Shown here piece after piece: positions 19,943 to 29,019 of a stretch of 64,000 bases of DNA (positions are counted from its first letter, which is position 1; every line of letters starts with the position of its first letter). Made by a program: the position numbers and the translations under genes. Source of the stretch: a virus (lineage: Duplodnaviria; Caudoviricetes); IMG/VR virus record IMGVR_UViG_3300029288_000075, positions 32,001 to 96,000 of that record; one strand, written 5' to 3'. The notes under the pieces were generated by a model. The model worked only from the letters and a program-made list of their open reading frames with translations. It searched no databases and was not told the DNA's origin.

Positions 19943-20092
19943 TTAGGATTCTTTTTCCGGCTCTTCTGTTGTACTTTCAGTTGATGATGACCTGCTGTAC
20001 AGGTCTTGTACCAACTGGCGGTACTTCTCTCCGGAGTCAGGGCGATCAGGAAACTCTTGTGCTGTTGGGCGTTTTTGTTCTTTGCGTGGCAT
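19943..20092 (-). CDS. 49-aa charged peptide (MPRKEQKRP...EPEKES)
   Basis: Translated by hand; GGAGG RBS; first gene after a GGGATAAG motif. Confidence 0.5.
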   Translation of the reverse strand: MPRKEQKRPTAQEFPDRPDSGEKYRQLVQDLYSRSSSTESTTEEPEKES

Positions 20093-20110
20093 GCGACCCT
20101 CCGATAAAGC

Positions 20111-20120
20111 TCTTATCCCG
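20111..20120 (-). promoter_or_regulatory. Putative phage promoter CGGGATAAGA
   Basis: Same core as 16029 and 35979; heads the minus-strand MoxR operon. Confidence 0.55.
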
Positions 20121-20171
20121 TAGGGTGCGTGTCCCTTGCACCTTTTTGTCCCCGCAACCGCTGGTTCCAGC

Positions 20172-20177
20172 TATACT
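20172..20177 (+). promoter_or_regulatory. sigma70-like -10 (TATACT) 10 nt before the RNAP ATG
   Basis: 5/6 match to TATAAT; no clear SD between it and the ATG. Confidence 0.45.
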
Positions 20178-20187
20178 CTCGTAGAGC

Positions 20188-23100
20188 ATGACGCACTTGA
20201 ATCCGACTGAAGCGTTCGAGCACTACCGCGACAAGACCCTGGGTGCGATCAGGAAGCAGTTCCCTGTCGACGGGCAGAACCAACGTCTCGAGCTGGTGGA
20301 CCTAGAAGTTCAGGACAACTTGAATCCCGACGATATCAGGGATCAGCAGCAGGCCAAGGTAACAGGGAAGACTTGGGGTATCCCGGTTTACGCCAAGCTC
20401 AAGTTGGTGAACAAGGTCACTGGCGAGACGACTCAGTCGCGTACCAGAATTGCTGAGCTTCCCAAGATTACATGCCGACAGAGCTACATCGTAGGCGGGC
20501 AGGAGTACCAAGTAGACAACCAGTGGCGGCTCAAGCCTGGCGCGTATGTGCGGAGGAGGCAGACCGGACAGATTGAGGCAATGTTCCAGCCGGGTAACAA
20601 GCCGTCGTTCGACGTTGTTTTTGATGACGCGACGAAGGAGTTCAAAGTAGAGCTCCCTGGCGGTAAAGCGTCTGTGCCGCTGTACCAGATCATTTCCACG
20701 TTGGGTGTTTCTGATGACGAGTTGCACAAGGCGTGGGGTCCTGAGGTATTGGCTGCCAACAGAAATGCACGTGGTGTTCACGGGGCGGTGGAGCAGTACT
20801 ACAAGACCACGACAAAGAAGGAGGCACCCAGTGCGGCAGTAGCTGTAAGTCATCTAGTGACTTCACTGCAGCAAACGCAGCTGCGACCCGAAGCTACGGC
20901 GCTCACGCTTGGGAAGCCGATAGACCATGTGAACGGTGATGCTCTGCTGCGGGCTACTCGCAGGATGTTGGATGTCCAGTCTGGTGGGCCTGTAGATGAC
21001 CGCGATTCGCTGGTGTTCAAGGACCTCAGGAGCGTTGGGGATTTCTCCGAGGACAAACTACGTGAGGCTGGTGCAGATATTCGACGTAAGATGTCGAGGC
21101 AGGTGAATCGCGCAACCAACCCGTCCCACATGGTGCCGCTTGACGCGTTCAATAGGCCCATCAGGGACACGTTCTACAAGAACTCTGCAGCGCAGGTAGC
21201 CAAGCAAATCAACCCGGTGGAGATCTTGTCGGCTGCGCAGCAGACCACGGTGATGGGACCTGGCGGTATCCAGTCCGAGAATCAGATCATGCCCGAGGTG
21301 AAGTTTGTGAATCCCTCGCACATGGGCTTCTTGGACCCGATACATACGCCGGAAGGTGGAAAGACGGGCGTTACCTTGCGGTTGCCTATGAGCGTGAAGC
21401 AAGTTGGGTACGAGCCTAGGATTCCGCTGTACAACATACGTACAGGAAAGGTGGAAGACGTAGGGCCTGCCGCGTTTCTGAAATCGAAGATTGTACTTCC
21501 TGACCAGGTGGACTGGAAAGGCGGGAAGCCGGTAGCTCGAGGGCGTACGGTGAAGCTATCCGTGGCAGGCAACGACGTATCGGATGGCCATTTGCACGAG
21601 GCTGACTACGTGATGCAGCACACGTCGCAGTTCTTCAATGTCACCAGCAACTTGATCCCGTTCATCAACAGCACTTCTGGTGGCAGAGCATCTATGGCCA
21701 CCAGGCACATGGAGCAGGCCATCTCTCTGGTGGGACGAGAAGCACCTCTTGTTCAAGTAGGCACTGGCTCCGCTACCCCGGGTAGCACCACTTTCGAAGA
21801 GGTTGTAGGCACTCGCGCGTCTCATTACTCTCCGATCGCGGGCGTGGTGAAGGCAGTGAAGCATGACGCTGTGGTAGTAGCTGGCCACGACGGCAAGGAG
21901 CACGAGGTGCAGATCTACCGCAACTACCCGCTGAACGACGCCAAGTCGGTTTTGGACTCCACAGCGATTGTGAAGCCTGGTGATCGCGTGCGTGCGGGGC
22001 AGGTGGTGGCGGATACGAACTTTTCAAAAAACGGCGTAATTGCCTTGGGCACGAACCTGCGCGTGGGCTACATCCCGTACACGGGGTACAACTTCGAGGA
22101 TGGAGTAGTCATCAGCGAAAGTGCTGCGACGAAGCTCAGTAGCGACCATCTATACAAGCACAAGGTTCCCGTAGATGCCGAGTCGGTGTTGTCGAAGAAG
22201 CACTTTGTGACGCACCACGCTGGCTTGTTCAGCAAGGATCAGTTCGCAAAGGTAGGAGATGACGGGCTAGTTGCCGTAGGATCCGTGGTGCATCCCGGAG
22301 ACCCGCTGGTCTTGTCTATGAAGCAAGTGGTTGCGCGTGACCGCACGGGGCTATCCGCCATCCGTAAGAGCTTTGGGACTCAGTTTGCCGACCAGTCTAC
22401 TGTCTGGGACGGGGTAGGTGAAGGCAGGGTTGTGAGCTCCGAGAAAGTTGGCGACCACGTGGTTGTACACGTGCGGGCAATTGAGCCGATGCAAGTTGGC
22501 GACAAGTTGGCTGGTAGGTACGGCAACAAAGGCATTGTCACCAAGATTGTGCCGGACCACGAGATGCCACGTACACCCGATGGGAAGCACATAGAGGTGG
22601 CGTTGAATCCCTCGGGGGTACCTGGGCGTATGAACGTAGGGCAAGTGCTGGAGACTGCGGCTGCCAAGATTGCCCAGAAGACGGGCAAGCCGTACATTGT
22701 GCAGAACTTTTCAGATGGTAGTCAGCTTGCTCGGGTGCAAGCCGACCTGAAGAAGCACGGGCTGAGTGACACAGAGGACTTGTTTGATCCTATTACGAAG
22801 CAGCGCTTGGGCACTGCGCTGGTCGGCTCCCAGCACATGATCAAGCTGCACCATCAAGTGGACAAGAAGGTGTCCGTACGCTCTGGCATGACGTTGCCGG
22901 GAGAAGCTCCAGAGAAGTACAACTCCAACCTGCAGCCGGTGAGTGGCAAGCATACCGGCGGACAAGCGATGGACCCGCTAGGTATGTACTCTCTGCTCGC
23001 GCACGGGGCTCGTGCAAACATCCGAGAGATGGCCACGTGGAAGAACGAAGGTCCGGACATGTCTTCCAATCCGTCCAAGCAGTGGCATAGTCAGCATCAC

Positions 23101-26100
23101 GAGGTGTGGGATGCCATACAGCACGGTGACCCGTTGCCCGTGCCGAAGCCGACTTTCGCCTTTCACAAGTTCACGTCGATGCTTACCGCCGCGGGCATCA
23201 ACGTAGATAAGAAAGGGCACAACTTCATCTTGGGCCCGTTGACGGATTCCCACATACAGCAGTCGTCTGGAGATCGGGTACTGACGAAGCCTTCGGAGAT
23301 TGTTTACGCGAAGCTGGATTCGAAGACGGGGGAGCCCAAGCCCAAGCCGGGAGGGTTGTTTGACGACCGCCTTACTGGTGGCAATGGCGGACGTAAATGG
23401 AGTCGAATCGCCCTTGCCGAGCCGGTGCCAAATCCCGTGTTTGAGGATTCCATCCGGATGCTGACGGGGCTCTCTTCTGCGGACTACCACGGGTTGGTGC
23501 ATGGGGTGCACGCGATAGACAGTCACGGCCACATCGTAGAGGCTGGCAAGGGCACTACTGGCGGTGCGGCGATTGAGCAGCTGCTGAAGAAGATAGATGT
23601 GGCTGCCGAGTTGGATAAGTCCAAGAGGGCTTTGAATACGCTACCGGCGTCGAAGGTGGATGCCACCCTGAAGAGGGTGAAGCGGCTACAAGCACTTCAC
23701 CAGTCTGGCTTGTCTGCTGATGAGGCATACGTGCTGCACTCCCTGCCAGTCATTCCTCCAGCTATGCGCCCAGTCACTGTCATGCACGACGGCTCGCTGA
23801 AGTTCGATGACATCAATCAGCTGTATGCCAAGGCAGCTCAGACGAACATGTACTTGGGGGATCAAACGTTGGCCACGAACTTGCCGGAACAGCGCAGGAG
23901 AGATTTGCGCAAGGAGATGTACGACGGTGTCAGTGCATTGATGGGAGTCGGTATCCCGTACAAGGATGCGCAGCATAAGGGCCTATTGCATCTGATCCAG
24001 GGCGCGCAGCCCAAGACCGGCTATTTCCAGAGCACGCTCATCAGTCGCAAGCAAGACCTGAGCATGCGGTCTACCATTGTTCCGGAACCCTCCTTGGGGT
24101 TGGACGAGGTAGGGTTGCCTCGAGAGCAAGCCATGAAGCTGTTTTCTCCCTTTGTGGTGGGTGAGTTGAAGAAGTCAGGAATGGCCATCAACGTGGCCGA
24201 CGCGCAGAAGATGGTAGCTTCCGGCACGCCCGCGGCGCACAGGGCGTTGGCCAAAGTCATGACCGAACGTCCCGTGATGCTGAAACGAGATCCTTCGTTG
24301 CACAAGTACAGCATCCAGGCGTTTCAGCCTAAGGTGGTGGAGGGTAGCGCTATCAAGATTCACCCGCTGGTTACTGGGGGGTACAACGCAGACTTCGACG
24401 GGGACACCATGAGCGTGTTCGTGCCTATCTCTCAAGAGGCAGTGGATGAGGCGCACCGCATGTTCCCGTCCAACAACCTGTTCAGCGAAGCTACAGGCAA
24501 GGTCATGTACCAGCCTACGCTGGAGTCTGCGCTGGGGCTGTATAAGCTGTCGCGTGTCAATGATACGAAGGCGCACCACATCTCTCACCCTGCGGAAGCG
24601 ATTACCGCGGTGCAGCAGGGGAAGCTAACGGTGAATGACCGGGTGAAACTGGGAAATCAGGTCACCACACCAGGTCGTATCATTTTGGCGGCCGCCCTGC
24701 CTGAGCCAATGCAGCGTCCTATGCTGGAGAACCTTGGGCAGCAGTTGGACAAGAAAGGGCTGGACGCGCTGCTGACTACAGTGGCCAAGAACCATGTCGG
24801 AGACTATGGGCATGTAGCAGACAAGCTGAAGAACTTGGGTAACGGGGCGGCAAGTGGCGTGGTCACGGTGGAGCATGACGGATTCGTGGGTGCTGCACGT
24901 CTGGACCAGAAGAATAGAACTTACGTGCCTGTGGGCGTCCACACGCTGGCGTTGTCCGACTTTGAGCCAGATACGAAGACCAGGGAGCGAGTGTTGGCAC
25001 CGGCTCGTTTGGAGGCGGCACAGGTAAGGCAGGGGGGTGGTACCAAGTACAACAAGGATGCTGCGCTGGTGCGTATTTGGTCTGCAGCAGACCGCAAGAT
25101 GCAGGAAGAGCACATGAAGGTGGCCACAGACGATCCGACCAACCTCATGATGATGCACTTGGCTGGCGTGAAGCCCGGGTGGGGACAGTACAAGCAGCTC
25201 ACGCTGGCACCCATGCTGGTGGCCGACGCTTCTGGAAGAATCATCCCAGTGCCTATTACCCGCAGCTACTCCGAGGGGCTGGATTCTGGAGATTACTGGA
25301 ACCAGATGCACGGAGCTCGGCGTGGTGCGGTCATGAAGGTGCAGGAGGTCCAGGAACCTGGGTATCTTTCGAAGCTGATGATGGCCAACACTATGAACAT
25401 GGTGGTGCATGGGAACGACTGTGGCACTGAGCGCGGTATTGCTCTTCCTGTGACCGACCCAGATGTGCATGACCGGTTCTTGCAGCGTGAATTCAACGAG
25501 AAGGGAGTGCATGTCCCCTCCGGTACCTTACTCACTCCGCGGGTAGTCACCAGCATGCGTTCAGCAAACAAGAATGCTCAGATCGTGGTGCGCAGCTCGT
25601 TGAAGTGCGAGCATGCTACTGGGGTGTGCCAGAAGTGTATGGGGCTAGCGGCCAATGGCAACTTGCATTCTGATGGGGACAATGTTGGTGTTACGGCTGC
25701 ACAGACGCTGGGTGAGCGCGCGGTGCAGTTGACCATGCGCGTTTTTCATACCGGTGGCGTGGCGGATACCGGGAGTGGTTCCCGCGTGCTGGGGGAATTC
25801 GATCGGGTGCAGCAGCTCATGAAGTTGCCCAAGCGCATACCCGACGCGGCCACGTTGGCTATGGCATCGGGCACAGTTGACAAGGTGGAAAAGACGGCCA
25901 CCGGCATGAACATCTTCGTTGGGGGTAAGAAGCACTTCGTGGGGAAAGACGCTCGAGGGGCACCCTTGTGGCATTCCATAGGGGACAATGCGCATCCTGG
26001 CTGGGTCCCCCCGCGGGTAGGGACCCAGGTGACGCGAGGCCAGTCGCTGAGTGATCCTCTTCGTACGCTGGTGAATCCGCATGATCTGTACAAGGCCACT

Positions 26101-26583
26101 GGGAGCATTGAGACTGTGCAGAACCACCTGGCGGACCAACTGCATTCCTTGTACAAAAGCGAAGGGATCAAGCGGCAGCACGTGGAGACTGTGGTCAAGG
26201 CCATGAGCAACCTGTCCGAGGTAGCCGCCCCTGGGGACTACGAGGGTGTCCTGCGTGGCGAATTCCATCCCACGTCCAAGCTCATTGCGGTCAACAAGCG
26301 GCTGATTCGGGAGGGTAAGAAGCCGATAGAGCACAAGCCGGTACTGAAGGGGGTGGACATCATGCCGTTAGCGGTTCAAGAAGATTGGATGGCCAAGATG
26401 CAGCACATCAAGCTCAATCAGACCCTGCTGGATGCAGCGGCCACAGGCGGTAGATCCAGCATCCATGGCATGCACCCCATTCCTGCTCTGGCGTATGGTG
26501 CTGAGTTTGGTTTGACAAGTGAGCATGCCAAGCAGCGGTCAGCCTTGAGCCATCTTCACGATGTGCAGGGGCACGAGTACTGA
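20188..26583 (+). CDS. rpoBC: Single-chain multisubunit-type RNA polymerase, beta-beta' fusion
   Basis: beta motifs: MGPGG, TPEG, GYNFED, GDKLAGRYGNKG, NPSGVPGRMNVGQ, KLHHQVDKK. beta' motifs: LPVIPPAMRP, KRDPSLH, NADFDGD (24385-24405), bridge helix HGARRG, trigger loop QLTMRVFHTGG. Confidence 0.97.
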   Translation: MTHLNPTEAFEHYRDKTLGAIRKQFPVDGQNQRLELVDLEVQDNLNPDDIRDQQQAKVTGKTWGIPVYAKLKLVNKVTGETTQSRTRIAELPKITCRQSYIVGGQEYQVDNQWRLKPGAYVRRRQTGQIEAMFQPGNKPSFDVVFDDATKEFKVELPGGKASVPLYQIISTLGVSDDELHKAWGPEVLAANRNARGVHGAVEQYYKTTTKKEAPSAAVAVSHLVTSLQQTQLRPEATALTLGKPIDHVNGDALLRATRRMLDVQSGGPVDDRDSLVFKDLRSVGDFSEDKLREAGADIRRKMSRQVNRATNPSHMVPLDAFNRPIRDTFYKNSAAQVAKQINPVEILSAAQQTTVMGPGGIQSENQIMPEVKFVNPSHMGFLDPIHTPEGGKTGVTLRLPMSVKQVGYEPRIPLYNIRTGKVEDVGPAAFLKSKIVLPDQVDWKGGKPVARGRTVKLSVAGNDVSDGHLHEADYVMQHTSQFFNVTSNLIPFINSTSGGRASMATRHMEQAISLVGREAPLVQVGTGSATPGSTTFEEVVGTRASHYSPIAGVVKAVKHDAVVVAGHDGKEHEVQIYRNYPLNDAKSVLDSTAIVKPGDRVRAGQVVADTNFSKNGVIALGTNLRVGYIPYTGYNFEDGVVISESAATKLSSDHLYKHKVPVDAESVLSKKHFVTHHAGLFSKDQFAKVGDDGLVAVGSVVHPGDPLVLSMKQVVARDRTGLSAIRKSFGTQFADQSTVWDGVGEGRVVSSEKVGDHVVVHVRAIEPMQVGDKLAGRYGNKGIVTKIVPDHEMPRTPDGKHIEVALNPSGVPGRMNVGQVLETAAAKIAQKTGKPYIVQNFSDGSQLARVQADLKKHGLSDTEDLFDPITKQRLGTALVGSQHMIKLHHQVDKKVSVRSGMTLPGEAPEKYNSNLQPVSGKHTGGQAMDPLGMYSLLAHGARANIREMATWKNEGPDMSSNPSKQWHSQHHEVWDAIQHGDPLPVPKPTFAFHKFTSMLTAAGINVDKKGHNFILGPLTDSHIQQSSGDRVLTKPSEIVYAKLDSKTGEPKPKPGGLFDDRLTGGNGGRKWSRIALAEPVPNPVFEDSIRMLTGLSSADYHGLVHGVHAIDSHGHIVEAGKGTTGGAAIEQLLKKIDVAAELDKSKRALNTLPASKVDATLKRVKRLQALHQSGLSADEAYVLHSLPVIPPAMRPVTVMHDGSLKFDDINQLYAKAAQTNMYLGDQTLATNLPEQRRRDLRKEMYDGVSALMGVGIPYKDAQHKGLLHLIQGAQPKTGYFQSTLISRKQDLSMRSTIVPEPSLGLDEVGLPREQAMKLFSPFVVGELKKSGMAINVADAQKMVASGTPAAHRALAKVMTERPVMLKRDPSLHKYSIQAFQPKVVEGSAIKIHPLVTGGYNADFDGDTMSVFVPISQEAVDEAHRMFPSNNLFSEATGKVMYQPTLESALGLYKLSRVNDTKAHHISHPAEAITAVQQGKLTVNDRVKLGNQVTTPGRIILAAALPEPMQRPMLENLGQQLDKKGLDALLTTVAKNHVGDYGHVADKLKNLGNGAASGVVTVEHDGFVGAARLDQKNRTYVPVGVHTLALSDFEPDTKTRERVLAPARLEAAQVRQGGGTKYNKDAALVRIWSAADRKMQEEHMKVATDDPTNLMMMHLAGVKPGWGQYKQLTLAPMLVADASGRIIPVPITRSYSEGLDSGDYWNQMHGARRGAVMKVQEVQEPGYLSKLMMANTMNMVVHGNDCGTERGIALPVTDPDVHDRFLQREFNEKGVHVPSGTLLTPRVVTSMRSANKNAQIVVRSSLKCEHATGVCQKCMGLAANGNLHSDGDNVGVTAAQTLGERAVQLTMRVFHTGGVADTGSGSRVLGEFDRVQQLMKLPKRIPDAATLAMASGTVDKVEKTATGMNIFVGGKKHFVGKDARGAPLWHSIGDNAHPGWVPPRVGTQVTRGQSLSDPLRTLVNPHDLYKATGSIETVQNHLADQLHSLYKSEGIKRQHVETVVKAMSNLSEVAAPGDYEGVLRGEFHPTSKLIAVNKRLIREGKKPIEHKPVLKGVDIMPLAVQEDWMAKMQHIKLNQTLLDAAATGGRSSIHGMHPIPALAYGAEFGLTSEHAKQRSALSHLHDVQGHEY

Positions 26584-27848
26584 TGGCGGGTCACCACCAG
26601 GGACTAGCCGAGGCGGCGCGCGGGGCAATACGGCCTCGTACGGAATTCCGTACAAGCATGACTGCGCCGTCAGGGTTGGGTGACACCAACATACTCATGG
26701 CGCGCGTCATCAACGTGGACCTAGTGCACTACACCGTTGACGTATACAGTCAGTTCGATCAAGTGCGCCTGCTGTCGGTGCCCATCGGGTCTCCATATCT
26801 GCACTCGAATCGTGGAGATGGACTCTCTATCACCCCAGAGATTGGTGCCAAGTGTGCCGTCTGCTGGCCTGGGGATAGTTCTCCTCCATTCGTTCTGGCC
26901 TTTGTTATGCCGCACGAGACGGTACCGACGACAGGTGATGCGGAGAGCCCTGGAGGAACGTCCGAGCGCAGCGACAGTAATCAGGGTCCTTCTACAGCCA
27001 GTTTTGCTGGAGGTAGACCAAAGGGTAAGCCGGGGGACATAGCTCTGCGGGGTCGGGATGGGCAGTTCGTTGTACTGCACCGCGGCGGCGTGCTCCAGGT
27101 TGGAAGCAACGAGCTAGCGCAACGCTTGTATATCCCGCTGAACAACCTGGTGATGGACGTGGCCGAGAACTATGCCATGCAGAATTCCGGCGGGTCAATA
27201 CGCTGGGGAATACAAGAGGGAGAAGGTGAGACCACCCTTCCTACTGAGTACAAGCACGCCATGCGCGTGTACGCGAACGACAAGTATGCAGATCTTCGCA
27301 TAGGCATGGGGCGCGTACATGATCCAGTGCCCGAGATGGATGACGACGGGATTACGGACTTGGCAGCCGCTGAAGTAGGAAAGACAGAGCCCATCGTGTG
27401 CGAGCTCTCCCTTGCTAGGAACGGGTTCAAAGCAGAGAGCGGTGCGCTACTACCTGGTACGGGCAACCTGGTGAAGCTTCGATTCATCTTTGACCGTGCT
27501 GGCAACGCGTTTCTGCGTATGGATGGAAACGTTGGTATCTTGTGCAAGAAGAAGTTGCGTCTTCGTGTGAAGGGCGACATGGAGGTGTTCGCCGACAGCA
27601 ACTTCAGCCTGACTGTAGCTAGCAGTGCAAAGATAGCCGTGGGTGGGAACTTCGAGCTCACGGCACCCGTGGTGCGCGTAAACGATGGAGACAAGCCTGT
27701 AGCACGTGTAGGGGACCAGGTGTCCGTAACGTTACCGCCTACGTTGCTCATGGTAGCTCCGGGCCCGCCGGGGTTCATGCCAATACCGCCGGGCATGAAC
27801 TCAACGATTGGTGTCATCACCAGTGGTAGATCGGACTTCTTGGCGTAA
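26583..27848 (+). CDS. Baseplate central spike (gp5/gpV-like OB fold) with C-terminal PAAR-like segment
   Basis: ARVINVD...PEIGAKCAV OB-fold pattern, beta-repeat stretch, GDKPVARVGDQV...GVITSG. Confidence 0.65.
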   Translation: MAGHHQGLAEAARGAIRPRTEFRTSMTAPSGLGDTNILMARVINVDLVHYTVDVYSQFDQVRLLSVPIGSPYLHSNRGDGLSITPEIGAKCAVCWPGDSSPPFVLAFVMPHETVPTTGDAESPGGTSERSDSNQGPSTASFAGGRPKGKPGDIALRGRDGQFVVLHRGGVLQVGSNELAQRLYIPLNNLVMDVAENYAMQNSGGSIRWGIQEGEGETTLPTEYKHAMRVYANDKYADLRIGMGRVHDPVPEMDDDGITDLAAAEVGKTEPIVCELSLARNGFKAESGALLPGTGNLVKLRFIFDRAGNAFLRMDGNVGILCKKKLRLRVKGDMEVFADSNFSLTVASSAKIAVGGNFELTAPVVRVNDGDKPVARVGDQVSVTLPPTLLMVAPGPPGFMPIPPGMNSTIGVITSGRSDFLA

Positions 27849-28489
27849 TGGTAAACGACATCGGCAGCTATACGCTTGGTGGCATCAACATTGGATTGGC
27901 CGTAGGCATAGGCCTGATCAACCCACTGCTACTGCAGTTCGACTTGTTCCTGACAGGACAGTTCGGTCTTGGGCCATTTCTGCTGGATGTGCAGGTAGCT
28001 TTCAATGCAGCGATATCCGCGGTGTTGCAGCTCAGCATCGGGATCTCTGACCCGTTGGCGATACTGCGGTCGTTGCTCATGGCTATGGTGCAATTGCAAG
28101 CTTCGTTGTCGGTGATGCTGTCTTTCGGATTGCCCACGGTTACTGCGCAGATAGGCGCACAGATTGCTGCTGTGGCAGCACTCACTGGTGCCTTGGCTTT
28201 GAAGCTAGGTGGTGTGCGAGCCTTGCTGTCTGCCGGGTTGGCCGTGAAGATCCCGGTAGTGAAGTTTGTCGGACAGATCACTGGTGCACTAAGCGCTGGG
28301 CCTGCCCATTTGCTGTCCTTTACGGGAAGTACATTGGCCGCATCTGGCGTTCAGATTGCGGCAGCCTTCGCTTCTGGTCTTGGACCAGACGACCCTCTTT
28401 TGCCAACCGACTTGGTGGATGGCATCATCATCGTCACTAAGGACCCTGCCGTTTTCCAGGCTATGGGTTTGCTGCTAAAGACATCGTGA
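27848..28489 (+). CDS. Very hydrophobic protein, probably tail tip- or membrane-associated
   Basis: L/A/G/I-rich helices over most of its length; coupled to the spike gene. Confidence 0.6.
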   Translation: MVNDIGSYTLGGINIGLAVGIGLINPLLLQFDLFLTGQFGLGPFLLDVQVAFNAAISAVLQLSIGISDPLAILRSLLMAMVQLQASLSVMLSFGLPTVTAQIGAQIAAVAALTGALALKLGGVRALLSAGLAVKIPVVKFVGQITGALSAGPAHLLSFTGSTLAASGVQIAAAFASGLGPDDPLLPTDLVDGIIIVTKDPAVFQAMGLLLKTS

Positions 28490-29007
28490 TGGCTAGCCAC
28501 TCGCAAAGATTTTGGGCTAAGGTGCAGAAGCGAGGTCCCAAGCATCCGGGGTTAGGCACACGCTGTTGGGTGTGGACCGCGGCAAGGCTTCCTGCGGGCT
28601 ATGGGTTGTTCAAGCTGAATGGCCGCAGCCGTGTTGCTCATAGTGTTGCTTGGGAGATCGAACACGGCGAACTACTTAGAGGTATCTGCGTGCTACATCG
28701 CTGCGATAATCCAGCGTGCGTGCGCCCAGACCACCTGTTTTTAGGTACCAGAGGGGACAACAATACGGATAGGTCCATAAAAGGCAGAAGTGCCAAGGGA
28801 GACCGCTCGCCCTCCAGGTTGCACCCGGAGAGCAGACCAAGAGGCTCCCGGCATGCCAATGCGAAACTGACGGAAGAGAGGGCCGCCAGGATTCGGGAGT
28901 TATATGCTGTTGGAGATACTACGCAGACCAGGCTGGCCCGGCTGTTCGGTGTTCATCAAAAGGTGATTAGTGGTATCGTTTTGGGCACTAGTTGGAAGAC
29001 CTCGTAG
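28486..29007 (+). CDS. HNH homing endonuclease with C-terminal HTH
   Basis: RFWAKV...CWVWT...VLHRCDNPACVRPDHLFLGT..DN; HANAKLT. Confidence 0.9.
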   Translation: MMASHSQRFWAKVQKRGPKHPGLGTRCWVWTAARLPAGYGLFKLNGRSRVAHSVAWEIEHGELLRGICVLHRCDNPACVRPDHLFLGTRGDNNTDRSIKGRSAKGDRSPSRLHPESRPRGSRHANAKLTEERAARIRELYAVGDTTQTRLARLFGVHQKVISGIVLGTSWKTS

Positions 29008-29019
29008 GAGACTTGTCGC

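Noticed and set aside
20188-26583. Cellular fused rpoBC as in Helicobacter or Wolbachia
   Set aside because: No ribosomal-protein context, strong divergence and domain loss, and it is embedded among phage morphogenesis genes.
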